DNA from: Antedon mediterranea
Lineage: Eukaryota; Animalia; Echinodermata
DNA length: 64,000 nucleotides
Assembly: GCF_964355755.1 (NCBI RefSeq)
Contig: NC_092675.1
Coordinates: 22,168,912 to 22,232,911, forward strand
Reading direction: 5' to 3'
This document shows, in pieces, positions 1-12,130 of this stretch (the first letter of the stretch is position 1; every line of letters begins with the position of its first letter). The translations under genes and the position numbers were made by a program. Under the pieces are notes generated by a model that had not been told where the DNA came from, searched no databases, and was given only the letters and a program-made list of their open reading frames with translations.

Positions 1-847
1 TTCAATTAATGGTATCTTTCACAACTTTTGTTTTAAAAATGTTCTCTGCATCAATAAAATTCCTTGGTGTACTCATGTTTCTTATTCTTTTCAATTACTC
101 TGATCTGTCAACAAACCTTACTTTGGTGGCAGGTAGAGTTTGTTCTCAAAACACATGCCACTGTAAACTATATCAACAGTAACCACCGCTAAATGAACAA
201 ACCATGTTCTGTACAGGAGTCTATTAGTGAGCCCGATTGGTTGATGCTCAAATAAGGAAGCAGTGTGTTGTCTGTTGACAGGAGGCTTTGATGGGCACCT
301 GTCAGTCATTTTCATATTGTTTGGTTCATGAATGTATTTATTAGACCTCAAGAGATTGCCGCAGACCCACTCACAGATTTTAGGTTTCAGATGCGCTTGA
401 ACAGGTGAGAAGAGATTTACGAAACAGTATCAAAAGTTAATGATGTGCTGAAAATGTTGATTCGCTTTAATCATCTCAATCTGGAAACAAAATAATTACA
501 TTTAATAAATGTTATACTGAACAACTATAATTAGTGCAATAGTTATATTAAGAAAAAAGAAAGACTAATTCAAGATATTCTGTCCACTTCCTTGTGTGCT
601 GAATAACTCCAAATAACCGGTTTTATTTTAAATTTGATTTGTATATAACAACAAACTACAGGGTTATTAAAACAAACACATTATATTTTCATGTATATAT
701 ATTAGTTTATAAACATAATTTTACAATGAATTTATATTTATTGTATTTATTTGGTGTACAACGCAATAACAACCCAGTGTACAATGATTTCATTTGCTTA
801 GTCAACATTTTTCCACAATAGAAATATATATATATATATATATATAT

Positions 848-875
848 AAATCCAAAGGCAAATTACTGAAAAAAA
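848..875 (-). mobile_element. Inverted 3'-end fragment of the same hammerhead unit
   Basis: aaatccaaaggcaaattactgaaaaaaa is the reverse complement of 1250-1277 and sits between (TA)n tracts. Confidence 0.7.
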
Positions 876-931
876 GATATATATATATATATATATATAT
901 AAACAAATCAGGCAAATATATATACTTTCAC

Positions 932-972
932 TTGCACTTATGAAGGGCTAGTGTTGCCCAAAAGCTCTGCTA
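932..972 (+). ncRNA. Degenerate copy of the same hammerhead ribozyme
   Basis: 180 nt upstream of the intact copy and otherwise identical, but CUGAUGA is CUUAUGA and GAAA is AAAA (two core substitutions). Confidence 0.65.
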
Positions 973-1111
973 ACTTTTCTGGCTGTTTTACTTTATCGTT
1001 TTCGCTTTTTTTTTTTGTATCTCCATTGAGATCCAGCCACTGATACCCACAGCATTGTCATTTTTTAAGTATTCTGCCTTTGAATTTGTATATATATACT
1101 GACTGACTGAC

Positions 1112-1152
1112 TTGCACTGATGAAGGGCTAGTGTTGCCCGAAAGCTCTGCTA
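1112..1152 (+). ncRNA. Minimal type I hammerhead ribozyme, intact core
   Basis: gca-CUGAUGA(1117-1123)-a-GGGC/uaguguu/GCCC stem II-GAAA(1140-1143)-GC-UC, predicted cleavage after C1147, then ugc closing stem I. Palindromic AGCU stem III, typical of minimal Penelope-type hammerheads. Confidence 0.8.
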
Positions 1153-1294
1153 ACTTTTCTGGCTGTTTTACTTCTCGTTTTGATTTAGCTTTTCGCTTTT
1201 TTTTTGTATCTCCATTGAGATCCAGCCACTGATACCCACAGCATTGTCATTTTTTTCAGTAATTTGCCTTTGGATTTATATATATATATATAAA

Positions 1295-1641
1295 TAAAAT
1301 AACAGCAGAAAACTTGGTAATACTTCATTGTTTTAATCACTACAAATTTTGCTCTACCTTGGTATTGAGCACTCTATCCTAACGGTCTGATAATTTCAAC
1401 CTGAATATATATATAAATTTCCAGCTTTATAAGCAACCATTCCTGCTTTGTACCCCATAGCTTTTGGAGGCGTGCCTTTATAACTTTGATTGGCTGATTT
1501 GTTTTATTATGTAATTTTGTGACTTATATATGTTATCCTTTGTTACAATTCTCTTCACCTGATGATGGGCTATGCCCGAAACATGTCGTAAAAATAAATC
1601 TATATTGAGGCAGTTTTAACTTATTTGATCTTGAATTTGTT
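1295..1641 (+). mobile_element. 3' remnant of a Penelope-like retroelement (ORF tail plus pLTR with hammerhead)
   Basis: ctc tat cct aac ggt ctg (LYPNGL, 1372-1389) resembles the L..P.GLN tail of Penelope GIY-YIG domains. It is followed by a UTR, the hammerhead, AATAAA and (TA)n. Confidence 0.6.
1554..1592 (+). ncRNA. Minimal type I hammerhead ribozyme of a second family
   Basis: uucac-CUGAUGA(1559-1565)-u-GGGC/uau/GCCC-GAAA(1578-1581)-CAU-GUC, predicted cleavage after C1587, then guaaa (stem I with one mismatch). Palindromic ACAUGU stem III. Confidence 0.8.
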
Positions 1642-3807
1642 TATATATATATATATATATCTGATGAATGTGACGAATAGGAAGATAGTTGCACTAATAA
1701 AATAAAGTTAATTAATCTTAACTATTGTATTAATTTCTTCGTTCTGTTGTTTTGTGTACATAGTCAGTCAAAAAGTTAGGCAGCATTGATTTCCTACCTG
1801 CCTTAAAAAAGAAGACAAAAACCTCCCTAGATATTTGTGATTGTTGATGTTTTAATATCGTTTTTCATTTAAAACAAATTTAGAAACAACCAGACTTGGT
1901 AAGACAAATGACATTTAAATAATTTGATAAATGAGGAGCTTTAAGTTTTCATAGAAAGTTTTTTTATTGATCGCAGAGATAGGCTCTCAGGGAGTGGTGA
2001 TGTTGTCGATTACCACATGTAAGTCAAAGGTCAGATCTCAAAGACAAGCCATTCTCATTTAGCAGTATATATTTCTTAACTATAGTCTTTGGAATGTTAC
2101 TATGAGTCAGATCTCACCTGTATGGTGCGTTTAGAAAGGTGATTATAGTAGAATAAAGTTAGATTAATTACTTATTTATTGTCATCAGTTAAATGGGAAG
2201 GTTTTTAGGTTCATCTGTTAATACTTACCAAACCAATCAAATTATTTGACCTCAAAGACCTCATCAAAATAAATTATTTTTCTTATGAATTGTGTTCTAA
2301 CATTTCAGATTTATTATTTTAACACTTAATTCTTCTTTTAACTTAACAAGATGATTTATGGGATTATCAACCCTTGATTTTATTGTTTCCCAAATTCAAA
2401 ATTAGTTTTTGATATTAAAAAAATCTAATAGTTGACACCTTGGTGTGACCGTTACTGACAACTAAATGATTTATCTCACAAACAAGTAAAAACTTTATTG
2501 CGGTGGTTACAGAAGGTAAATGATTTACGCAAACAAAAATTAAAAAACATTCTAACATTAAAAATGTAATATTTCTCAGCTAAGTATTTTATTTTATAGT
2601 CTCATAAAAAAACTTTATTGAGGTATTTACAATGTTAAATGATTTATATAAAAATGATTGAATGCCAAACTGGTGATGGCAATGTTTTATGTACCATATT
2701 ATGTGAAGTAAATTGTGATTAATCTATTTTTTAGGGATATTCTGGAATGATTTGATTTGAATTTATTAGGAAAATCATCATAAAAAATGTATACAAAGTG
2801 ATAACATAATTTACTGACATTACAAATAAATACATTTATAAAAGATTTTCCAGGATAGTCCAAAAAAGCTTATTAGCTTATTTACATTTTTATCCCTTTT
2901 GATCGACATTATAACCTAAAATCTGTGAGGTAATAGGATGGTCCCATCTTATCATAGTTGCTTTTTACTTTAGTGAGATGCCCCTTTCCTCCAGACCTCT
3001 CCTTCCCCCACTCAACCAATATACATTATGTGCAGATTATAAATATTGTAATGAGCTTGTTCTTTCTGACCTAAGTGTGGTCTTAATATCCAGGGACTGA
3101 TCCAGGGACTAGGCTAGCTAATAAGTACATTTTAATCTCTTGATAATCTTGAGTGATCAAACTTTATCATCCACTCAACATCAGGCATCTTTACATGCCT
3201 CAAGCAGCAACAAAGCCATGAACGCAGATTCTAATAGGTCTACACACATGATTCAAATTGAGAATGGTAGAGAGAAATGGTGATATTTCAAACATTTCAA
3301 CTGTTTTTTTTTTCCTAGAAAATTATTATCTATGCATTACGAGGTGGTTTATTGTGAAACCCATGTCTGGAGAAATCTGGTGGGCCTTGAAATTTGTGAG
3401 GTGCACCAAATTATCGCTTGAACATTTTGCACTCATAAAATAATATTGGGTGTGTTCTTTTTTAGCCTCAAGCCACACGCTATGCTTTCTTTCAAATATC
3501 AGCAATTATGTCATATTGAAATGAAATGATAATTAGTTTTAGCCTTAAAACAAACACATGTTTGTAGATGGTTTCAGATTTAAAAAAGATAGTCTGTGTG
3601 CCTAAAGAACAAGTAATTCGTGAATAGATAACATTTATATCATGCTTTTGACAGAAAAGCATAATAAAGTCTGTGTAAATTCGATATTTTGTATAGTAGG
3701 CCCAATGCGTACTAGTCTAGTCTCCTGGGATTTTCTGGTCCATCCATACTGTTGAGCCTACTTTAGGCCTATGATAAGATTGTTATATTGGTGTTTTTTT
3801 TTTGTAG

Positions 3808-3873
3808 AATCTTATTTGGGAAAAAAATGTGAAAAATGCCACGGGTGATGTAATGCAAATCTTGAGGCTAAAG
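3808..3873 (+). CDS. ZNG1: ZNG1/CBWD zinc-regulated GTPase metallochaperone, third-last coding exon (NLIWEKNVKNATGDVMQILRLK)
   Basis: Polypyrimidine acceptor ttttttttttgtag, 66-bp phase 0-0 exon, donor gtaggt. The peptide aligns by recall with human CBWD/ZNG1 [22 protein letters not shown]. I found no earlier exons in the window, so they probably lie upstream. Confidence 0.93.
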
Positions 3874-4241
3874 GTAGGTAACATTATTCATTTTCACTAG
3901 CGCAGCCCCCTCTATTTCACCTATCATGGTTAAATTTTATTATGTCAATGAGAATAGCCGAATAATATCTTGGATTTATATAGTGCCTAATGTTGTGATA
4001 CAGCGTCATGTGACACTTGTATCTTGTGTCTATTCAAAACATTAACCTTGGAATACAGTAGATATGTTACACTGTATTACACAATTTGCCCACAATACAG
4101 GAAATATATTGCAATATTTGGTGTACTGAGAATTTTGATGAACAATTTTATTTTGATTATTTATTGAACCATGTTTCATGAGGGTAGCCCATCCAGCAAA
4201 GCTGATCATTGGGTCCTCGACAATACAATACAAAGAGTACA

Positions 4242-4523
4242 AAAATGCATTATCATAAAAAATTAATTATAAAAAACTACTATAAATATAAAATTGTTAT
4301 AGAATTTCCAGATTTTATAAAATTCAAAACTCAAATATTAAAATGTAATACAATCAATCAATCAATAAATAAAGGCATAGAAAATGCATTATCATAAAAA
4401 ATTAATTATAAAAAACTACTATAAATATAAAAATTGTTATAGAATTTCCAGATTTTATAAAATTCAAAACTCAAATATTAAAATGTAATACAATCAATCA
4501 ATCAATAAATAAAGGAATAGAAA
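4242..4523. repeat. Recent tandem duplication, 139-bp unit x2
   Basis: Near-identical copies starting aaaatgcattatc at 4242 and 4381. Confidence 0.95.
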
Positions 4524-4824
4524 CTTTAGAAACACATTTCATTTGTGCTATCAGGGTTAAATAGAGTACTTGGAAAAGAGAGTAGAGAGAACATTATATA
4601 ATTTGTTCTTGTTTCCCACATTGTATAATGTTTGGTTGTGGTGGTTTGTTTGGTTCCGTTTATTTAACAATCTTCTCAAGCGTGGCATGCAGTTTAGATG
4701 GTTCAAATAATTCAGTACAACAAGAGGTGGTTTGTGTTACTACTAGCGTCAGTCAATCATGTGGCCACGCAACAAGAAAAAATAATAACTAGCTTCATAT
4801 AATAATATACAAATAATGAATAAT

Positions 4825-4898
4825 AATAGTGCGAACTATTGCACGCCATGTGACCCACAATCGTTCAATCAAATGACAGGAATTTATTTAGGTGTTAT
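4825..4898 (-). repeat. Dispersed repeat, inverted copy of 40355-40425
   Basis: Its reverse complement ataacacctaaataaattcctgtcatttgattgaacgattgtgggtcacatggcgtgcaa matches 40355-40413 with few differences. Confidence 0.8.
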
Positions 4899-5624
4899 AC
4901 AATAATAAATATGAAATATTATATGTTAAAATTACATTTTTTAAATTTGTTTATTTGATAAGATCTGTAAAGTCCAGGTAAATTTATGCTTTTTTTTCTC
5001 AAATTCACATAATTTATCATAATAAAAGATGAATATTTTACTTGATACATTTATGTTGGGTTTGCTAGTAATTAGTATCTTGTTTTGTATAATTATATTA
5101 AAAGTATCATAAATAATAATTATAAAAACAGTTTTCTATTTGAAAATGACGTCATATTCAAATCGGACTCATTAATAAAAATGCAGAAGAAATTCTCATT
5201 TTGGGACATTGTTATTTTCCCGGGAAACAAGCGAGGACCATATTAATATCTTGTAAAACTATGGCCTGTGGTGATGGGAAATTGATTGAAGAGCACTTTT
5301 CGTGGCGTTGTTGCTTCTGTACAGTTGACAAGGAAAACACCGTAACATAATGTAACGTAGGCCTACTCGATTTACGAAACAGTGATGAGCGTATGTGTGG
5401 TATTTGAATTTCAACTGCTCGTATAGTTACAACTACTTTAAGGTCAAGTTTACAATTAAAACAAGTATTGAATTCACAAATCAATTAGATGAATAAAGCT
5501 CCAATTATGAAGGATAGTTCGCGTACTTTTGCTCAATCAACAACTACTGAGTGATGTCATAAAGTGAAGTACAATTGAAAATGTCGTATTGGTGTATGGA
5601 TGTTTCGCGGTTTACCGAACTTTT

Positions 5625-5820
5625 CAGAAATGGACTGATTGCCGAAGGAATTTTTTCCGACTGTTAATGTTGTCGACAGCTCCATTTAGCCGAACAAAGC
5701 AGTACATTTTGCCGACACGATTCGCGTTTCAACGACAACCAATTCGCCGAGAGTATGTTTCGCACCCCCCCCCCCCCCGAGCATCGCCTATTCACGCCGA
5801 CAACCAATTTCCACCGATAA
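5625..5820. repeat. CpG-rich degenerate array of (t)gccga/ccga motifs, probable subterminal repeats of a DNA transposon
   Basis: Recurring ttgccgaa, ttccgac, tagccgaa, ttgccgac, tcgccga and cgacaaccaatt (x2). Confidence 0.4.
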
Positions 5821-6010
5821 CATTAACAAGAGCTAGGTTTTTAGTTCAATCGCAAATTCATTATATTGATATACAACTGTTAAGTAACTTTTGACCAATC
5901 ATACACTACCACCACTACTTTGTTTTATGAGAGGACAGACAAGATAGGAGAAAAGAAATTAGTTAGTAAATAGGCAATGTTACGTATAGACTTAAACAAT
6001 ATTGAGGTAT

Positions 6011-6148
6011 TTGATTTGATACGAATTTCTTGATTTGATACGAATTTCTTGATTTGATACTAATTTCTCCGATAAGGAGGTCCGGTCAAGTTCTTATTAT
6101 TATTTAAAGCTCCAATTATGTGTCCCAATTATGTGTCCCAATTATGTG
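6011..6148. repeat. Two minisatellites: 19-bp ttgatttgatacgaatttc x3 (6011-6069) and 13-bp ccaattatgtgtc x3 (6112-6149)
   Basis: Read directly from the sequence. Confidence 0.9.
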
Positions 6149-9100
6149 TGAACTAATCTAATTAAAATTACTTTTATTCCAATTAAAAAGAACTTAATTA
6201 CATTTGTCCGTACTATATAGTTTATTAATATAACACCTGTCAAAGCCGTTTCATGTGGTCTTAAAATGTTCTACGAAAACAAATAATTTCCTACAACGTT
6301 AATTTTGAATTCGTTAGGGAACGTCATCTGACCACACACGCCCAAAGATTTGAAGTAATTGAGGGAACTACCGGATTGATCCCCTAGCGAATCTCGTTTT
6401 GATCAATCCATTTAAAACATACCCTAAGGAGGCTACGTTTCTGGGACTGAAAGTGCTATGGGTGTTAGGACTATTAGTGAATCATATTGTTGAAATATAC
6501 ACAATAGTTGAACCACAAACATTGAAAAGTACAACGACTTATTCCAGATATAGGTGCTTTACTTTACGAAATCTTTTTTAGCAAACCGCTTGTTCACCTT
6601 CTGTCAATTTAAACATCTGTTAGCCTAGATTGTATTTTATCTACGTTTGATATCACACAGACGACATGCTATTTTACCTGTAGATAAGATCCCGTTTAGG
6701 ATCTGTCCAAACTAACATTTATAACGGAGTGTGAACTCTGTACACTCGCAACTTTTTAAATCGTATACTTACGAATAATATTATAGTTTTTGGATCCTTT
6801 AAATTAGTTTTTGATAATTTGATATGGCAAATTTGCCTTTTAAATTGATTATGAATTTTAAGTGTTTCGGCGTTTAAAACCTGTTGCTTAAAATCAGTAG
6901 TTAGTCGAGGGTCTATAATTATATAGACCAAATAAAAGGAAAATCTTCTCGGCTGTTAAAAAAAACAGTCACTTAAAATCAATTAATTACGGTTCGTTAA
7001 TAAAAAAAAAAAACAAATCGAGCTGGACCTGTACCCTCTTTTGTTTTTATGAGGGCTTCCCTATATTAGCTATTTATTTTGACAATTGATGTTTCAACAT
7101 AAGAATGATAATAACAGTCCAGTCACCGTACGCGCGCTTGACGGCCGCGGTCATGTAATTTCGATGGAAAATTGAATGATTATTTTTTGTGTGCTGAATA
7201 TGACCAATTTTACTCATTCTCGCAATTCACGAAACGTCAATCTTTCTTTACTTTTTAAATACTAGATTATTAGTTATTTTTATATTTCAATACATAATAC
7301 GATCCAATAATACAACTTAACCCTTATCAACAATGGTCCGATTAATTTTGTATGTAAATTAATTGTTCTCCAATCGTCAGTCATTGCTATATAAAGTGAC
7401 CCACTATTTTCATCTGACATGGTTGATGATGTCACTGTGACGATGTTAACACGGTATTTCTGAATAATGTTTTGTTAAAGTAAACAACACAGCGCCCTCT
7501 CAAAATATTGTCTTTTTTTATTACAACTAACAAATATTTTTGCAAGCGTTATGACCCACGGGCTACGCCCCTTGTGTAAATCCACTTCATAAATTCTTTA
7601 TTCAACATACGCGATGTATATTTCACCTGTTCTACCGACGAAATATGTTCCAGACCTCACAAGGAGATGATTTTTTTTTTCTCGTAATCTCTGCAAAGTG
7701 ATAGTCAAAAGTCACATGGGAGGTTGGCCAAACAACAATTTTTAAACATGTTAAAATTACTTGAAATAATGATCCATCATTCAATAACTATACAAATTGT
7801 GGCCTCCAAATATCCCTGATTTATTAGTCTGTTCTCAGCACCATCTCACCTGAAATTTACTAAAAACACCTTGATTAGATATTTAGTTGGCAGTAGGAAC
7901 GCTAGTGATTGATGTGTGTAGTGATACAAACATTGGCACCACTATGTCGGTTTACCTGTAAACGTGTGAAAACAAGGTCGTCTTTAGTTCTTATGGAATT
8001 CGCCACTAAGCTCCTCAAGTACACATTTAACATACATTTATTTTGTTGATTGATTCTTAATATTTTTACCACTCCACATTATTATGTCCAACTGTACATT
8101 CTGTGTTGATCCATTTTACCTGCAGACTAATTAATAATGTATGCGCGCCAAATGTTTTAGCAATAGACCTTATCTTTTGATACTCCGACCAAGTGGCATA
8201 GTTATGCTATGTTTAGTTTTATCCCGAGGCGTACTGTTTGGAAACTTCGTTTTTCTAAGTAACTATTTATAAGTATTACTACTTACAAATCTTATAATGA
8301 ATTATGACTGGCACATTAGTTATGAGTTTTTATCTAGTAGCGTCTGCACCTCTTGAAGTTTTTTCTTCAAAGTTTAACTAATTTCTACGTTTGTCCAATG
8401 GAAGAATCTGTCCATTCGTTTCGGCTCTCTCCTCCTGTCAATCATTTCGATTTAGGACCTTTTTGAGGTTTTGTTTTGGGAAAAGGTTTCACCTTGTTTT
8501 GACTTTGATTACTCTATTGGTCGATTTATTACACATCTTCACGCCTTTTGAAGGCTAATTAATTACAAAGGTATCATGAAATTTGTCAGAGGAAATACGC
8601 AATTTGCACCAATTGCAGATGGTGTGAAACTTGCTAGATTAATAGGCCTATTGATTCGTCAGAAAAAACCCTTACAAATTTGACAAATTCTTTGACATTC
8701 CCTTAGGGATGTACCTATTCGATTCGTTGATCCCCGCTATTTAAGATTTAAGTATGTTTTCTTCTTATAATTTGAAGGTTTAGTGAACAATATCTGGATC
8801 TGTTTTAAACAAGCTCGTAAATTGTGTACATGTCAAAGTTTATGCTTATTGATAGTTTTAGCAGACTAAGGAACAAATCTGTTGGTTAAGCCCTGAAAAA
8901 ATATCTGTTAAAGGAGACAATTAATACAGATTGTATTAAGATATTTCATGGTTAGTAATTAAATAACTAAGATATAAATGGCTGTTTTATTAAAATGAAA
9001 TCATGGGTTCGCAGCGGTAGTCAACCTCAAAGAAGAACTTCAAGTTCTGTTTTAAATTGATTTACTGCAACTGGTACCTTGGACGAATGCATTAACCTCA

Positions 9101-9831
9101 AATATATATTCAAAGACAATAAATCATATATTTGTCATATTAACACTGTGGGTGTATTTATATTATTATTACATTTTGAGTTCATAAACTTTAACAACAA
9201 ATAAAATAGTGAAAAAATATATAAAAAGACATGCACCTAATACTTTGTTTATAATAGAACTGTAAACAAAACAAACAAGAACGAATAAAAATGATGAGAG
9301 ACTGGATTATTCATCATTGGCAAAACTATAGTTGTAAGATCCTTTTAAACAAAAAAAACTACGAAAGATTACAAGATGCACCAACATGAAGGAAAATCCA
9401 GCAAGTCTACTTTTCATACATTGTAATTTCTATGTAGTCTGAGCAGTGTTTCATTGTTACAAAACTCATTTCATGTTTGGTCCATTATTCCAACAAAATG
9501 TTGAGTGAAAGTTTTACACCTTTTTCTACTTTATTCGTTATGGTACTATATAAAGTGATTTTAGTACCGACTTATAGTTATACACAATCGATTTGAGATT
9601 GAGTTAACAGGTAAAGCTAGGCTATATGTATAATTATTAAACGTTTAATATAACATAAATGTCGAACATTATGTTAATGAGATAACATCAGAAAACAACA
9701 TGAGACTGGATTGAGTAAGTTTTGGGAAAACATCAGAATAAGATGTACCGTTTGGTTAGTTTAATTGAAAATGTGGTAGCTAATCAGAAAATGGAGTAAT
9801 AGGCCTACTCCATGGTCAGACTGATAACGGT

Positions 9832-9900
9832 CATACGCACTTTCACTGACCATACGCACTTTTACTGGTCAGTACTACTTTCACTGGTCAGTGTCCAGTT
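9832..9900. repeat. Degenerate 19-bp minisatellite (catacgcactttcactgac-like) x4
   Basis: Read directly from the sequence. Confidence 0.75.
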
Positions 9901-11882
9901 TTCGTATATTGCTAGAGGCGTATAGGAACACATTAACGTAAAAGTTTAAAGTTTGTGTTTCTTCGCTTTAGTATTTTTGATATTTGTTCAGGTAGTCCTT
10001 TGGTCGTCTTAAAGCAATACTAACATTTTCACACCTCGGGCGTTGAACTTAAATGTGTTAGTTCACGATACGGTCATTGTTGACAGACCAAGGGGTCACC
10101 AGGTTCAATGAAATAAAACTTTGAGAATTAAATAAAATCTTTTAAAAATGGTGATGATTTGTTCAAATGCCGTCTGCTTATATATTATTGCACCGCTGCG
10201 GTTTTTAAACTTTTATTAGCTGATGATTAGAAGGTAAAAGGTATACGCAAGCTTTTATAGGTAGTCGCCGGTCGGTGATAATAGACACTAAGTTTGCCTT
10301 GAAATTATACCATCTATAAAATAGCATTAATACCCGCTACAAATTTGGATATACGAATGTATAGCCAGATTGGTTTATCCCTTCCCGTATACAGACGGCG
10401 TACATAAAGTTGTACAGAACACAAAGCGCTTCAAAAGTATGTTTACTATATGCTTTTCAAACGATTACACAAAGTTCAAAACTTCAGAAGTTTTGATGTT
10501 GTATACAGTTTCTCATGTACGTTGAAAGATACCAGTATAAGGCCTATACGGCGGCGTGAAGAATACGTACTATATTAGTCGTCCCTGCCAACCCTGCTTA
10601 TCAACAACCACAAACCTCCTAATTTACTCTTGGCAATTATTTTAATTACAACTCTTATGACGTTTATCATCATTCGTCAGAATCAACACCGGTTGTTGAT
10701 AGTGTAGAACGTTAACGATTAAAACTACGGTAAACCACGTGATTAATTTATTTAAGTGTGTGTATTGGTTAATCGATTGATTCCATCGATCCTTCGATTA
10801 ATAGAATGCGATTAATATTTTCTTCAAATGGAACCATTTGGCCAAAGTAACAGTTATACTGATAATGATTACGTTTGGACTCGTTTTGGACGCATCACAA
10901 CAAAATTGTGTCAAAAACAAACAGAATGATTAAGGATGATTGATGTATTTGGCAAGCATCACACTGACTTCTACAGCTTCTTCAGTGTTTACTCTTGTAC
11001 ACACAAATTACATCACCAGCCTAATCATTTGTTTTTCACTCATGCCTAAGATCTTTCCTTTGAGGGTCTCGACAAACCTGTCTAAAATAATTGAGCTGAA
11101 TAGTTGTTGAGCGCGCTAATGATCTGGTAATGGGACCGAGAGGAGGAAGCGAGGATTTTACCTGAACACATTAGATCTTTCTATAGTAGATGCTTTCATA
11201 AAGAAATTATTTCAACAATAAGACAAGAACTTGTATTTTATTCTGTTACGTGAGATTAAGCTTAATCTTATCTTTTTCCTCCGATAAAATAACCGAATGG
11301 TACTGCGCGTTTATTGATATTAACGTTAATCACGCGCATTTACGTGAGGCCTGTCGTGTTATGGATTCGTAATGATTATAGTTATTAGGCGGGAATGCGA
11401 ACTATCACTCTTGTCTGCGAGTATTTTACTTGCTGCTGAAATTGTTTCTTTGCGTCAGAGAAAATCAATTCTTATTTGTGCGAATGAACTCATTTGGAAA
11501 AATATAACACGAAAGTTTGTAAAAATATATCCTGGACATAGACAGGTCATTGCCATATATAGTGTCCAGTGAATACATTTAATCATATTTTTAATTACAA
11601 AATTTGATTTGGCTTTTTTACCTTTAAAAAATACTTTTATTCTTCTGTTTGTTGTTCAATGTTTCCTTCAAGCACCGAGTCAAAAAAAGATACCAAGCCA
11701 ATAATTCCAGATTCTCGAGCTAGCTGCAAACAATTCTTTTTGGTTTTTAACCTGTTTCCAATTTTTTTTAAAACAACAACAAACTAATTCTCCCTTGTTC
11801 GCAATTTTTATTATATATTTATTATCATACTCTACACACGAAGATTACTATATAAGACACTAAAGATAACGATATACAGCAA

Positions 11883-12130
11883 AGATATTGTCTTGGAAAA
11901 CTTTTGAAATGTGTTTTTTTTTAATATGCCATTTTAATGTGACATAAATTCTTAGGCCTATTCACTTTGACCAGAAATTGGATCAAAAAAACATTTACCT
12001 TCAAAACAAAGGATAGTCAAATTATTTGTCATGTTGAATGTGTCCTTTTGTAAGTGAAATCAATATTTGTTGGTGTTTTTTCTACATAAGTTAACTTTAT
12101 TTAAACTGCAAATTTAAAGACTGATTTCTT
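11883..12130. mobile_element. Diverged copy of the Kolobok-like MITE
   Basis: Shares gccattttaatgtgacata, ttcactttgacc, aaattggatc, taagtgaaatc and gttaactttatt with the other copies. Confidence 0.7.

Larger units (their letters stand above)
931..1277 (+). mobile_element. Tandem dimer of a hammerhead-containing unit (Penelope pLTR or non-LTR retrozyme-like), 180-nt period
   Basis: Near-identical copies at 931-1087 and 1111-1277, each ending GCCTTTG(A/G)ATTT followed by (TA)n. Confidence 0.75.

Noticed and set aside
118-482. Minus-strand exon-like segment (acceptor at 481-482, donor-like at 120-121) with a 77-aa ORF
   Set aside because: All three frames contain stops across the segment and I recognise no protein. 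It is probably a decayed repeat inside a ZNG1 intron.
1977-2018. Possible small ZNG1 exon (cgcag...cacat/gtaagt)
   Set aside because: Neither the peptide nor the phases match the ZNG1 exon expected before NLIWEK.
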